A stretch of 64,000 nucleotides of DNA from positions 186,001-250,000 of the forward strand of contig OZ025716.1 of NCBI GenBank assembly GCA_964019335.1. The letters run 5' to 3'. Position numbers and translations under genes: made by a program. A model generated the notes under the pieces. The model was not told where the DNA came from. It searched no databases and saw only the letters and a list, made by a program, of their open reading frames with translations. How positions within the stretch are numbered: position 1 is the stretch's first letter; every line of letters starts with the position of its first letter. Source of the stretch: Diplonema japonicum (lineage: Eukaryota; Protista; Euglenozoa: Diplonemea). Below are positions 26,201 to 39,000 of the stretch, in pieces.

Positions 26201-28753
26201 TGACAAAATCGAGGTGGGGAGGAAAATATTTCGCAAGGTACCAGGTCCAAGTGTACCAGTAGTGGGTCTCAACGGGCTGGAGGTTTTTCCTTTGTTTTTG
26301 ATAGGGCGGCCTCCTGTACTTTGAGTTGTTTTTCACTCCTGCGGCTCTAAAAGGCTATCGTGGGGTGAGCAGCAAGCCATTCGAGTGGTATAGAGGCCTT
26401 TGGATACTTACAGGGCTCATAATCAAGACAGATATCAAGGTCTACTGGGCACAGGATGAACTCAGATACCCCATATTCACAATATTTCAGAACGGTGGCA
26501 AAGAAATCTTGTCAAACAACATCATCGCAAAAGGGTGGCACCCACATCAAGTGTTCCCCGCCGGAGCCTAAGGTACCTACCCCTCAGGGTGCACCTTCAC
26601 GTACCAAGGGTGCACCTTCAATGTGTCCTGAAAAGATGCAAAGGCACGGAACTGCACTGTGTGCAACAAATTAGAGAAAAAACGCACCCAGGCCATGTTC
26701 TCGTGCAGAGATTGCAACGTAGCAATGTGCTCTGTGCCCTGTGCCCTGTGCCCTGTTTCGAATTTTTTCATTTTAATGACACCTTAAAAAACCACCTGAG
26801 AACCTCTTGAAAACCACTTGAAATAGAAATACGTTTAAATTGGACAAGTCGCATATCTGCGGCACCTCGGACCTTGTGTTCAAAGAACGGCCATAAGTGG
26901 TGAAAAAAAAATAACCAGCCCACCCTGCACGCTGAATAAGCGCTGCTTGCCGAAACCATGAAACCTCCGGATAGCATGTGCCCTTTGCAAGAGTTGTTTC
27001 TCTCAAATGCTGCTCTACCACCAAAGTTCGAGCGCGTCTGGGGCTGAAATGCAGGCCGCTTCGCGCTCCAGAAATGGGGTAGTGAAAATAATATAGGTAC
27101 ACACCCTCTAACTCCACCCTCGCCATTTTATTTATGGTATTTGAACGAAAAGTTCAAAATAGACTTTTTAGACGAAAAATAGCGGTCCTTTATGGGTTAA
27201 ACAAAAAAAAAAAAAAAAAAAAAAATAAATAAAAAGGTCATCCAACATATTGCGAAGAAATTTCCGTCACTTGTTTCCGACGCGCGGCTGATGGCGTTGG
27301 AGCTGACACAGACAGCCGTCTTGTTCTCTGAAAAGTGGAAAACCGCCTTGGAGGATGCCCACAGCAACTCCAGAATGTACCCCTTAGACGCCCTGTCCCA
27401 ACTGATGCAACGCCTGAAATCCCCTGTGAACCTAGACGAATACCAGTTCAAAGAAATGCACGGTTCCGCACTGCTTAAGGCAGAAGAGGAATGGACAAAC
27501 GGCGGCATCAACGACGAGGCGGCGAACCGAAGAGGCTGGGTCCTCTGCACGGAAGTACACCGACATCTACAGGGCCAGCAAATGCAGGGCAACAGCGTTC
27601 ACAAATACGTGAATTTGGAGAGAACGGCTCCGGGGCTGCACGCTTCCAAGGTACATTTTACCCACCCATCCCACCCTTTTTATTATTATTTTTTTTTTTT
27701 TTAAACCAGGATTTCAGTCTACCAGTACCAGGATTCGCTGCGGAGCCCGACCCTCCATTGATCAAATCGTTCCAGGATAAACTGACGATTCTGGCGTCAA
27801 AAACACGGCCGAAGAGAATATCGCTGTTGGACAACCGTGGAGCGACACACGGATTCCTTCTGAAGGGACATGAAGACCTACGTCTCGACGAGCGTATAAT
27901 GCAGCTTTTGGGTTTGGTGAATAGTCTAATGCACAAGCAAGGTTGTGGCCATGCACCAGACATCATGCGGTTCCCGGTAATACCATTAGGGGCTAACGTG
28001 GGTCTGCTCGGGTGGGTGACAAACGCGGAAGACTTGAACAGAGTGGTGATGGCCGGGAGGAACCCCTCTATGCGAGAGTACGAGAAGACGTTGATAAAAA
28101 CAAGCTGCAACATAACAAAGGTCGACAATGAGTGGGGCGGGCTAACCATCACATCAAGGGTGACCGCTTTGAAACGCGTTGCTGCGGAAACTGATGGAGA
28201 CGACATCCACCGAGCTCTATGGCTCGGCTCCGCATCCTCAGAAGAATGGGTTACGACAAGATCAACTTACACACGATCGTTAGCTGTGATGTCGATGGTG
28301 GGTCACGTCATCGGGCTAGGCGACAGACACATGGAAAACATAATGCTTCAGAAAGGTACTGGCCGTGTTGCGCACATTGATTATGGGGACTGTTTCGATG
28401 TAGCTCGTGAGCGGTCTAGGTATCCTGAAAAGGTTCCCTTCCGGCTTACAAGGCAGTTAGGACACGCTACTGGTGTTGGAGGTGTCCGTGGAGTCTTCCG
28501 GCGTACTTCAATTCGCACGATGGAGGTTCTTCACTCTGGTCGGGAGCTCGTTGTTGCGATGCTTGAGGCTTTTCTTCACGACCCTCTCATACAGTGGAAG
28601 GTGACGGAGGCGAGCCGTGTCGTCGGGTGCATTCTTACAAAGCTCGACCCTGGCACAGGAGGCATCTCGAACAAAGTGGACGACCTCGTCGCCGAGGCAA
28701 CCGACTGCAACAACATTGCCGCTGCGTACCAAGGCTGGAGACCGTGGTTGTGA
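20291..28753 (+). CDS. TOR: TOR-family PIKK kinase, 5 exons (20291-24774, 24833-25253, 25301-25885, 27237-27650, 27710-28753), ~2315 aa
   Basis: HEAT repeats; FAT (EGYSRSY...LAELEEIIDYK); WIQVVPQVVARL; FRB-like segment; LLKGHEDLRLDERIMQ; SLAVMSMVGHVIGLGDRH; HIDYGDCF; PEKVPFRLTR; FATC YQGWRPWL. Splice junctions restore TOR-colinear motifs. Confidence 0.95.
25909..27196 (+). mobile_element. Internally deleted piggyBac transposon inside TOR intron 3
   Basis: TTAA target-site duplication (25905-25908, 27197-27200); perfect 14-bp TIR CCCATAAAGGACCG; remnant C-terminal cysteine-rich domain RNCTVC...FSCRDCNVAMCSVPC..FEFFH at ~26650-26775. Confidence 0.93.
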
Positions 28754-28988
28754 GTGTTTTCCCGCTTTTTAATTAACAAAAAAAAAAAAAAGTCCGCTCG
28801 TGTGGGGGGGTTTTTTTTTTTTCTTTTTTTTTCTTCTTTCCAACCAAAAAAAAAAAAACTTTTTTTTTTTTTTTTTCAATCGCGTCATTCTTTTTGGTTT
28901 CTTTTTTTTTTTTATTTTCTTTGCTTCCCCCAGCACATCATTGAGAAACAAAAAAAAAAAAAAAAAAAGAGAAAAAGAAAAAAAGAAT

Positions 28989-29423
28989 ATGTCTTCAGCC
29001 AAGGCTCAGTGCTACTGCGGCGGTGTGGAAATCGAGCTGGACACATCTACAGCACCGGACATCAGCACGTACTGCCACTGTGACGACTGCAGAAAGGCCC
29101 ACGCATCACCCTTGTACCAAGCGGTGTACAATGGAGATAAGAACAAGGTAAAGATCCTGAAGGGGAAAAGCCTTATCAAGGAGTATAGGAAGGAAGGGGC
29201 TCCTCTGGTCAGAGCATTTTGCACAGAGTGTGGGAGCAGGGTGTACAACGACCATGACCATATCGGCATGGGGGTCTTCCCTGGTATGTTCTCCCCCGCG
29301 CTGCCAGACTCGCACAAGCCCAACCTCCACTTCTTGGTCAAGGAGGCCATTTTCCCATTAGATAAGCTATCTGACAGCCTCCCTAGGGTTAACTCAGTAG
29401 AGGAAATTCAACAACAAGCCTGA
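28989..29423 (+). CDS. GFA / CENP-V (Mss4-like) zinc-binding protein
   Basis: CYCG, CHCDDCRK and RAFCTECGS motifs; 144 aa. Confidence 0.9.
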   Translation: MSSAKAQCYCGGVEIELDTSTAPDISTYCHCDDCRKAHASPLYQAVYNGDKNKVKILKGKSLIKEYRKEGAPLVRAFCTECGSRVYNDHDHIGMGVFPGMFSPALPDSHKPNLHFLVKEAIFPLDKLSDSLPRVNSVEEIQQQA

Positions 29424-30013
29424 TTAATGATATCCATGTCCTCCCCCACCCTGATTCTCCCCTTTTTCTTATTTACGACGCGGAACGCAGAAGAAGAAAA
29501 GAAATTATTTCTTTTTATAGCGTCTAACTATCAGTATATATTTTTTTTTCCCCCTCTCTTTTTTTTTATTTCATTCTTTCTCTCTTTTTTTTTTTTGTTT
29601 ATCACATTTTTTAATATCTTAAAAAAAAAAAAAGAAGAGGAAGAAGAAAAAAAAAGGGGGGGGGAAGGAAAAAAAAAAAAAAGAAAAAAAGAAAACCATA
29701 AGAAAAACGGAGATTACCCCCGCTCTCTCTTTGCACAAATGAAACAAAAGAAAGAAGAAAAGAAAGAAAGAAAGAAAAAACGAATAACTTGCCCTATTCC
29801 TTTTTTTTTCTTTCCTTCCTTTTTTTTCTCTTCTTTCTTTCTTTGTCTTGGTGGGTTGTGTTGTAATAACACCTCCTCCCCCTTCCCCGTGAATTATTTT
29901 CCTAGAAGTGTTTTCAGAAAATTAAAACCTTTAAACAACGCAAAACAGGTGGAAGGCGGGAGGGGGTGGAGGAGGTGGACGAAACAAACAAAAAAAAAAA
30001 AAAAAAAAAGAAT

Positions 30014-33000
30014 ATGACGAGGAGTAATAAAATCCACCCGAACGGAGAAACACCGCATTCCGAGCGCACCGAGAGCGAAATGGAAGAGCTCCGAGAAGAA
30101 GAGAAAAACATCGTCACAGAAAGTGTCGAGGAAACCATCTCCAGACTGATGCTGAAGAAGGGACTAATGCGGCGACCAAGACTAGGACTCCACGAGGCCA
30201 TTCAAAGAGGACAAGTTGAAGTCGTAAAACAAATCTGCTCAGAAAGATGCGGCCAGGTGTCTATCGACGAATGCAGCGGTGAAGGAGCTCCAACAGCATG
30301 GGATGAAACACCATTAATGGTCGCATGCCAAGCTTACTATCTACCAAATCCCGTTCAACTCCGCATAATTGACTCTCTACTAGAAAACGGAGCACGGCCA
30401 CACATTACTGACAATAAGGGCAGATCTCCTCTTGCTCTCTCGATTCTATCCTCCCCGGACTCCATCGCTCCTGCAATGTACAATCCGTCTCCCTGGTATA
30501 AATGGGGGGACAGTGTGTTGTGCCGGTGTCGGGAAAACATAAACTGTTGGGAAGAAGCCACCGCTATGTCGTCCTGGCAGTCCGCCCTTTGCAAAGGCGG
30601 CATCATGCTCCACACCATTCGGCTGGCAAAAACGAACACCGTTGTAAAGGACGTACTTCCAATGGAATTGACGCGAAATGTTCCAGCAGACCGAAACAAG
30701 CTCTCACTTGGAACCACTGTTCTCATTAAGGATTCTAACGGGGTATGGCATGCTGGGGTTATCTGCGCGACGAGCCGGAAGGGCGGTTTCGACGTTCGGA
30801 AAACCGGTCCTGAAAACCCCCTCAGAACGCATGGTCTCAGGGAGCTTGTTGTTCGCGGGTTGGGTCGTGACGACATTCGGATACCTCCTCAACACCCGCA
30901 TCCTTTCCGCCCTGCCACAGAGGGCCAGCTTTACCCCGGATGCAACGTCCACGTTCTCCTCCCGAACTGGCCCGCTTTCCGAAAAGGGATGATCCAAGGC
31001 CGCAACACCATTCAAGGCGGTTTCAACGTCCTCTTAGACGAAAATGTTGACAAGGAAACTGGCGGGCTTGTCACAGGCGCCTCGCATAAATGGCTTCACT
31101 TCCTGAAAGGGGTGTCCGAGAACGGCAAAAGAAAACAGAGCGAGCTTCCCGAAAACGACGATAAAAAACAAACAAAAGAACCGATTCTGTCCACGAAGTA
31201 CATCGACATGGTCATGCCAGAGTCCAACAACAGGGCCTCAGGCAGATCGTGTTTACTAGTTGGCGTGCATGTTGAGTGGATCCGTGTGCGGATTGAAGGC
31301 CCCGTTGCATACAGCAATACACCGGTGATCGTGAAGAAACTATGCGCGGAGCGACGCGAGGACATCAGCGGGAAGTTTAAAACACGAGAGGAGTTCGGGG
31401 ACGATGCTAAATGGAACAAACAGGAGGGGACGCAACGGGTTCCCTTGCAGTACACCATCACCACAGCGTCGCGTCTCACGGGGAGCCAGGTGGTCGCCAT
31501 TGCTGCGAGGTACTCGAACATTGCGGCGCTGGTGGCGTTGCGTGAAGTGCACGAGATCAGAAGCAAGGACTGCCTCATTGATTGGCACGAAAGCCACCAA
31601 TCGTGCGACCTCGTCACTGACCCTGAGGTCGCGCTCTTCTTCCTGTCGCACGGTGTGGACTTCTGCCTTGCGAAAACTGTCCGCAGTTGCAACTACAGCA
31701 AACGCGACCAGTGGCGTGAGGTCATTCGTCTTATCGCTCAAAAAAAACACGGCGACCAGTACGCATGGGCAGTCACGTCCCCAAGTGAGCACGGGCTAAA
31801 CGCAGTCGGCTGGGCGTGTGCCTTGGGGCGTCTTGACGTGCTGAAGCTCCTCCTCCGCTTCCCGCATGGTGTTCTGTCTGTTCAGCAGTCATACAAAGCA
31901 GGCATGCATCCTCTGTTCCTTGCTGTCAAGTCAAAGCAAATCGCGCCCCTTAGACTGCAGCTCGTCGAGATGCTTTTAGAACACGTTCAGCCCGATCACA
32001 CCCATGCCCTCGCCGCTGCCGTTGAGGAGGGCAGCCAGCCGATCATCCGGTTGCTGTTAGGCAGCTTAGAAGTAACTGTTACTGTGGTCCTCGCTGCAGC
32101 CGTTGTTACCGCAGCCTGTCCTGGTTTGAAGTTCTCAAGTGTCAGTGCTTCAAGCCCGGCTTCTGTCCCCGCGGACAGTCCTCGGGTGGTGAAAAGGCCT
32201 GATGACGTGAATCCTTCAGAGACAATGCGATACGTGATGCCCCATGACCTCACCATGAACTTCGAGATTATAAAGCTGCTGTGCCCCGAGGGCAAGATTG
32301 AGATGCTGCCTGTGAAGATCGTGTCGCGTGCAGTTAAGCATCCAGCTGGCGGGTACCAGCACACTGGGTGGCTGAGCCTTCTGGAGCGCGTAACATCGGA
32401 CTGGCAGGCGTGGAACGACACGGGTGAGACGGCACTGTCCATCGCTGTCATGCACGAAGACCACGTGATCGTGGACCTCCTGCTGGAGGACGGTAGGTGC
32501 AACCCCAATGTACGGACATCTTCAGGGGAATATCCAGTCGGACTTGCTTGCAAGCACAACAAAGGTTCTTTAGTACTGGAAACCATCCTGAAGTCCAACC
32601 AGGAAGTATACATAGGGGGAACCCTCGCACTGCCTCGTGTGTGCAAGCGGATGGACAATAACATGTTGAAAGCACTGCTTGAATATTCCTACTCGGGGAG
32701 CACGTCGATTCTGAACTTAGAAGAGGCGGAGGGCGCCACACCGTTTGAGTTCCTTCTGAACCGTGATCCGATCCAAGACAAGGCAACGAGGACAAACCTA
32801 CAAAACATGGTGAGGATACTGGTGGCAAAGGGTGCCCATGCCCAACCAGAGCTTATCGTGAAGCACGCGGGGGAGAATGATGGGTGGCTGGAGACATTAA
32901 AAGATGTGATGAGGCTGAGTGATGGTACCTACGCACGCCCTATCCCGACACCCGGGAAGCAGTCTGCGTTGATGTGCGCCATTCTGAAGGGGAACTATGA

Positions 33001-36000
33001 GATGGTGAAGTTTCTCGTAGAGTGCAAGGCCGACCTCCTCCAAACTGACGCTGATGGACGGTCCGTGCTGGTCATGGCCATTGAAGCGCCGTTAGAAAAC
33101 GTTAAGTACCGCAGAGATGAAACGAGGCAAAGGGTACTCGAGGAACTGTTGGTTGCAGCGCCGTTGTCTTTAATCAGGGCGAACGGTGTCTTGGCGGCCG
33201 CTGCGCGACGGAACAGCTTGCAGATGATCGAACTGCTGAACCGCAAGACAAACAGAGACTGGTGCGAAGAGGACGAGATGGACGTGGACGCAGCAACGAA
33301 CACAAGACGCAGCCCTGTGGAGCTGGCGTCCGACCAAGCTGTTCAACGGTTACTGATAGACATGAACTTCCGACCGAACCTGGGCAACCTGGCCAAGCGT
33401 GGAAAATTCAATCTCATGATGCACGCGCTGCAGAAATGCGACGCACAGAAAGGCAGCCAAAGCTTCAAAACATGGCTCGAACAACGTTCCACGCGAACGG
33501 AGGAGGAAGCCACCAAGGACCACGTCGGGCGATCCGCTCTAGCATGGGTCCTCAGCAGAAGATTCGCCGACATCCTCACAAATGTCCCTGAGGGAGGCGT
33601 TGCCGCGTTTAGGTACGTTGACAAAGACATGTTGACGAAGTGGGGGATACCGGACCACCCAAGCTCCTGGATGTTGGGCACCGCATATGCCGGGGACCGA
33701 CAGGGCCTAGTGATGTGGGAACCGCAAGCTTCAAAACGGCTGCCGAAGCTCCAGAGGATCCCGACGGAGCTGCATCGGCTCGTGTTGAAAAACGCAAAAC
33801 TGCAGCAACACAAGAAGAAGAACAAGGGGCTCCAAGTTCTCGTCAACATAAGCAACGTGACCAAGTCGAAAACAGCCCTGCCAGTCTACCGTAAGATGGT
33901 ACTGGAGGACTGTGAACGCGACAAGGAGTCAAACATGCGGTGCATCGTCACGTCAGAGCCTGTACGGACGTCGGCAGGGATGGAGTGCAGCTTTGTGGCC
34001 CCGCTCAAGGTTAGCCTGTCTGACTGTGTGTTGTACAGCAAGATCGCCGACATGGAAAACGAGACAGTTGCATTAAGGCTCCTCTCCTACACACCGATAG
34101 AGGAAAACAATCTGCGTGACGAAAACGGTACCGGCGTCTTGGAACTAGCAGCAAGGGAAGGCGACCACAACCTAGTCTCCTTCATTCTAAGTAGACCGGA
34201 GATCCGACAGTTCGTATCACCCGAGAGAAATCTCAACGAATCAAGCTTCGGGTATTGTGCAACAGCGCACCCGTGTGCCGCAGCTTTATGCGCTGCGGCT
34301 GCCAGCCGGAAGTACAAAGTCTGCGAATTATTGCTTGGAAGAAACAAAAACACCGACGGCAAACCGTATGCAACACCAATGGACCGCAAAGATGGACGGA
34401 GTGTGGGGCAATGGGCGGCTTCTAAGTGCATTGTAACCCTGCTTCATGACACGCTGGGACCGGACCACAAGGTCGAGAGGGACGTGCAGCTTTTCGATTT
34501 GTGCCACTATGCTAGAAGAGGTTGGTTGGAAGTAGTGGTATCCCTCTCACAATCGAGTTTCAATGTGGATATCAACCAGACCGATTCACACGGCAGAACC
34601 CCTCTTATCCAAGCAGCGTGGGGGTCTCACGTCGAACTAGTCGCCGTACTGCTCGATCAAGGCGATGCTTACGTTGACGTCTTCGACATGTCAGGGCGCT
34701 CCGTGCTTGGTGCGGCTGCTCTGACCTCATCGCCCGACACAGAAGCTGCCGCCATCGAGATCGCAACGACGGTCCTTGAACACAAGAGGCTCAGGTACCT
34801 CTCGGGCAACGACAGCCCGAATGTCACGAACTTCCTGCAACGCTCGAAGGCGTTGTCGTTGGCTTTAACAGTACCGGCACCGTCATCGAAGATAGTGGAG
34901 CTTTTCCTGCAAGCAGGGTCTTTGGCGAACGAGACACACATGGGAAAGTCTGCAATCCGGCATCTCGGGAACGTTGCTTCCGAGGATAACAGCCAGGACC
35001 GTCAGGCAAAGGTGGCGTCCACACTAATCGAACAGCTGTTGACCTGGAAAATCAAGGTGATCGACAAGAAATCTCATTTGTTGAATCGGGTGGGCTCCGT
35101 GGTGGAGCACAACGAGCTGTCCAAGCGGTATCGCGTGAAGTTCGAAGACGCTTCCACAGGGGAGAAGACAACAACGTTCGAGTGGGTACACGTCGACGAG
35201 ACAAAATGCCTCCACCAGGGCGAGGCTGCCTGCGGGAAAATGCTGCACTCCGACTTCGAGCATGTGGTGTCAATGGGCTGGCCCGAACAGGTCGGCTTAA
35301 TGATCGACCTCGGTGCCATTGAAGGCTACCACGGAAGGGCGCTGCCTTACATCTGCAGCGATACATTGAAATCCACGTTGCTGCAGTGTCTTCGTGTGCT
35401 CCGCCCTGTTTGGGAAAAGGAAGACCTGCTTCCCCCAGTCCCCAACGCTAGAAACAGCTTAGACCTCGTTGAAACGCCGTGCGTTCCGGCAGAATGGTAC
35501 GTCCTCCGGCATTTACTCCGAGGGTTGAACACAGCCCATGGCGACAGCAGCCAAGGGCCTACCCTGCAGCAAGCTGTCAATGAACTTCTTGAAGAGGAGA
35601 AGGAAACCTTGAGACTGCTTCCGTTGTGGTTGTACCGAGAAGCCATTGCAGACTGCTTGGGGGATGATCTGACGTTCTTCTCCGATCTGTTCGTGTGGCA
35701 CCAGCACAGGCTGAAGGTCAGCCTTTGCGAATCGTGGGGACAGTCGTTAATCAACAACACACAAGATTTAGAGGCCACACAGGCTTCTCGAAAATCCGAC
35801 TTTGCAGTATTCAAAGCACTGTACACGAAGGGTAAGGAAATGCAGTCCGCCGGGGGGACATTAGAACTCGCTGTGGAGTACGGGTGGGTACAGGCTGTAG
35901 AGTGGCTTGTTAAGGAACAAGGCGTGAAGCCGAATGTTACGAACACCGCTAACAAACCGATACGAACGGTGGCGTTGGAAATCGATAAGAGGACCCACGA

Positions 36001-39000
36001 GGTCACGGGGCAGATTCTCAAGGCCTTCTTTGGGTCGAGGAAGTCGGTTTGCGGCTCAAGATACACGCAATTCATGAGGGACCGTGACGACTACAACGTC
36101 ATCTATTCCACCTCGTACTCTTTGAACGACGCTGTTATCACGACATGCTCCACGAACTCCTTGATGCGCGCTTTAGTCGGCGTGGCCATGGTACTATTCT
36201 CCAGCGGTGCCAATGCTGACCCTGAAGATCTACAACGGCTTTCACAAGTAATGCGTCTTGACCAGTGTTTTGACGTCGCGCTGCAAGGCACGCCTGTCCC
36301 CGGCGCGTCTCTCCTCCATATTTCTGCTGCTTGTGACAACGCGAGCTCGTTAACATGGCTGCTGAACAATCAAGCGTATTCAGATACTCTTGGAACAGGA
36401 GTCATGGAGGACACATCTGGGAAGACTGCGCGGCACTACACATTGTCTCATGAATGTCATAAGATCTTAGCACGCAGGGAGCGCGCGCAGCAGGTTGCGT
36501 CGAACTACATGCCGCCCATGGAGCACATCCACCTTGTCATTGCACTGAAGATACAAAAGGTGTATGACTTCGACCTTGCTAACTTAATACGCGGGATTAT
36601 CAACGATGAGGTGAAGGAGGACACCATCGGGGTGTCAACCGTGCTCCACGCGCTGCATTCGTTGGATCTGGGAGGCTTCTTTGTGCAACCTGAGGGAACT
36701 GACGACGCTTATATCGTTGTATCGGGCTCTGAGCGACGACAGTTGTTGACATGCGCGCAGGTACCATATCTAAGGTCGTCCATTGGGGAAAGAGAGCTTC
36801 TGTCGAAGGAGAAGCACACCATCACACAACACATTGTGAATTCGTTCACGTGGCCCGTGCTGGACCTCAGCAAACAAACGGCGATCGGGTACATCGTCGA
36901 CGCCGTCAAAAAGAACGAGGGAAGCGTTTCGCGCGACGACTTCACCTGGATCGTCGACTCTGAATGGTTTCACAACGGCAAGGAGGTCCGGTACCCCAAC
37001 TCGCTCCGCATTGCCTGTTCATATTCAGTACAATATTCCGGGGTCTATGAGATACTAGGTACGGAGACACGATGGGGCATGCGAACTACCGGAGGAACCA
37101 CATACACTCTTCTCGTGAACAACGGAAAATGGGAGGTGACTCAAACCCTCGGCGATAAAACCGTAGCGGTGATGCGACACCCTGTACCATTCACACCAGG
37201 GAAGATCCCAGATGGATCCTCGGAGTGGACCATTCTGTCAAGAACGCTGGAAACGACCGAACAGGTCACCGTATCTATCGCAGACGACTCGAATCCGTAT
37301 TGTAAATGGGAAATCCTCGACTACTGCAACAGTGTGGTCCACGCGCTGGTAAAGGACAGGGATTCCATGGCGATGGCCACAAGACTGGCGTCGATCATCG
37401 CGTCGCTCCCTGACGGAACTCCTCAAGAGGTAGATCTGTCGACGACCATCTACCGTGAGCTCGAAGGAACGTACAAGCGACAGCCGCAATCTGATTTCAT
37501 GAGTTGGATGTGGGTGCGCAAAGCCGACAAAGATAGAGCAGAGTACCAGCTCACCACAACATTCACTCGATCGGACAGGTCTGGTGGATCCGAAATAAAA
37601 TCTCTTTGGACCTTACGCCCCTCCGACCAAAGTAGCTTGCGCCGTCTAACCATGAAGTCCAACGACATCGCCCCATGGCATCACATCGGGAAATGGATCA
37701 ACACCGCCGCGAAGGAAACCCCGCTGGACGATGAAAAACCGCCGTTGTCCTTCACATGGGTCAACGGGATGTCGCAGGAACGTTCTGCAGAGGTTCTCGC
37801 AGTTAAAACAAAGGCGATGTGGGCGTTGAGGCAGCTTTGTCTCGCGGCGGGGGTTCCTCAAGACGAACTACCGTTCCGAAACGCAGGCCGGCTTGAACCT
37901 GATGTCGACGCCATATACCGCCCGCCGTGTTACGACCATTCGGGCAGCATCCCCCCTGGACAGAAATGGCTTGATCTTTTAGAAACAGAGGAAAAGATTG
38001 TACAGGTTTTTGGCATCCACAACGATTTCGAGTCAGATCAGATAATCAAGCGTTGGCAGCCGAACACCAAAAGCATCGGGTGGACCGCTTTTTTGAAACC
38101 GTGGCTGTGGGAACCTTTCTCTTCGGTATACGATTTCTGGTTCGAGTACCCCGAGATGGCGTCAGAGAGAAAGTACGATCCGTGCACCAGGACAATCTGC
38201 AACAGAAAAACGTTTCTGAACCTCCAACCCATGTCGAAGCACTCCAGCACACAATGGGAGGCTTTAAAACGAATGCACGTGTGCGACAGAAATGTCCCGT
38301 TGTTCTTCGAAAAAGCAAGGGAGTTCTACTTGAAACCAAACGAACCGGTTACATCCCACGACATCGAGCTTGAAGAAGGCCAGGAAGTCATGGTCTCTAG
38401 TCAAATCGGTGAATGGGGCGAAATATCTCTTGCCGTGGAAGAATGGTGGCTGCCGATTAACGATGATAACGGTAAACCAATGTTGGTCCCAAAGACAGGC
38501 GAAGGCGATGAGGGCAGTCGATCAATCTTACGTGCAGTGCGAGATGTTCCATACTACACAGAGGCGTCGAAAAAACGTTGCCCCGGCAGAATCAAGTCCG
38601 ACGTCGAAGTTCTTGAGAACGGCGCGGAAATCGAAGTCATTCGCTTGGACCTCGACGGGAAGTGGGCTAAGGTCCACCACCACTCAAATGCCGTGTACTT
38701 CAAAACTTACTGGATGCCGTTGATGTCTCAGAACAAACAGCACAACACGTTGAAGGCCTTCTACCTCTCACAGGTAACTAGCCTTGAAAGCTACATGGGT
38801 TCCAAAATAGCTTTCTACTTCACATTTGTCGCGTTCTACCTATCATACTTGCTGCTGCTTCTCATGACCGGCGTTTTGTTCACTTTAGTTCAAATTTTTC
38901 TCGGGTGGTACGAGAGCGAGAAGGTTGTAATATGGAACGCTGTTCTTGTGATAATCTGGGCGGCCGTTTTCCGTCAAAGATGGGTCCGAAAGGCCACTGA

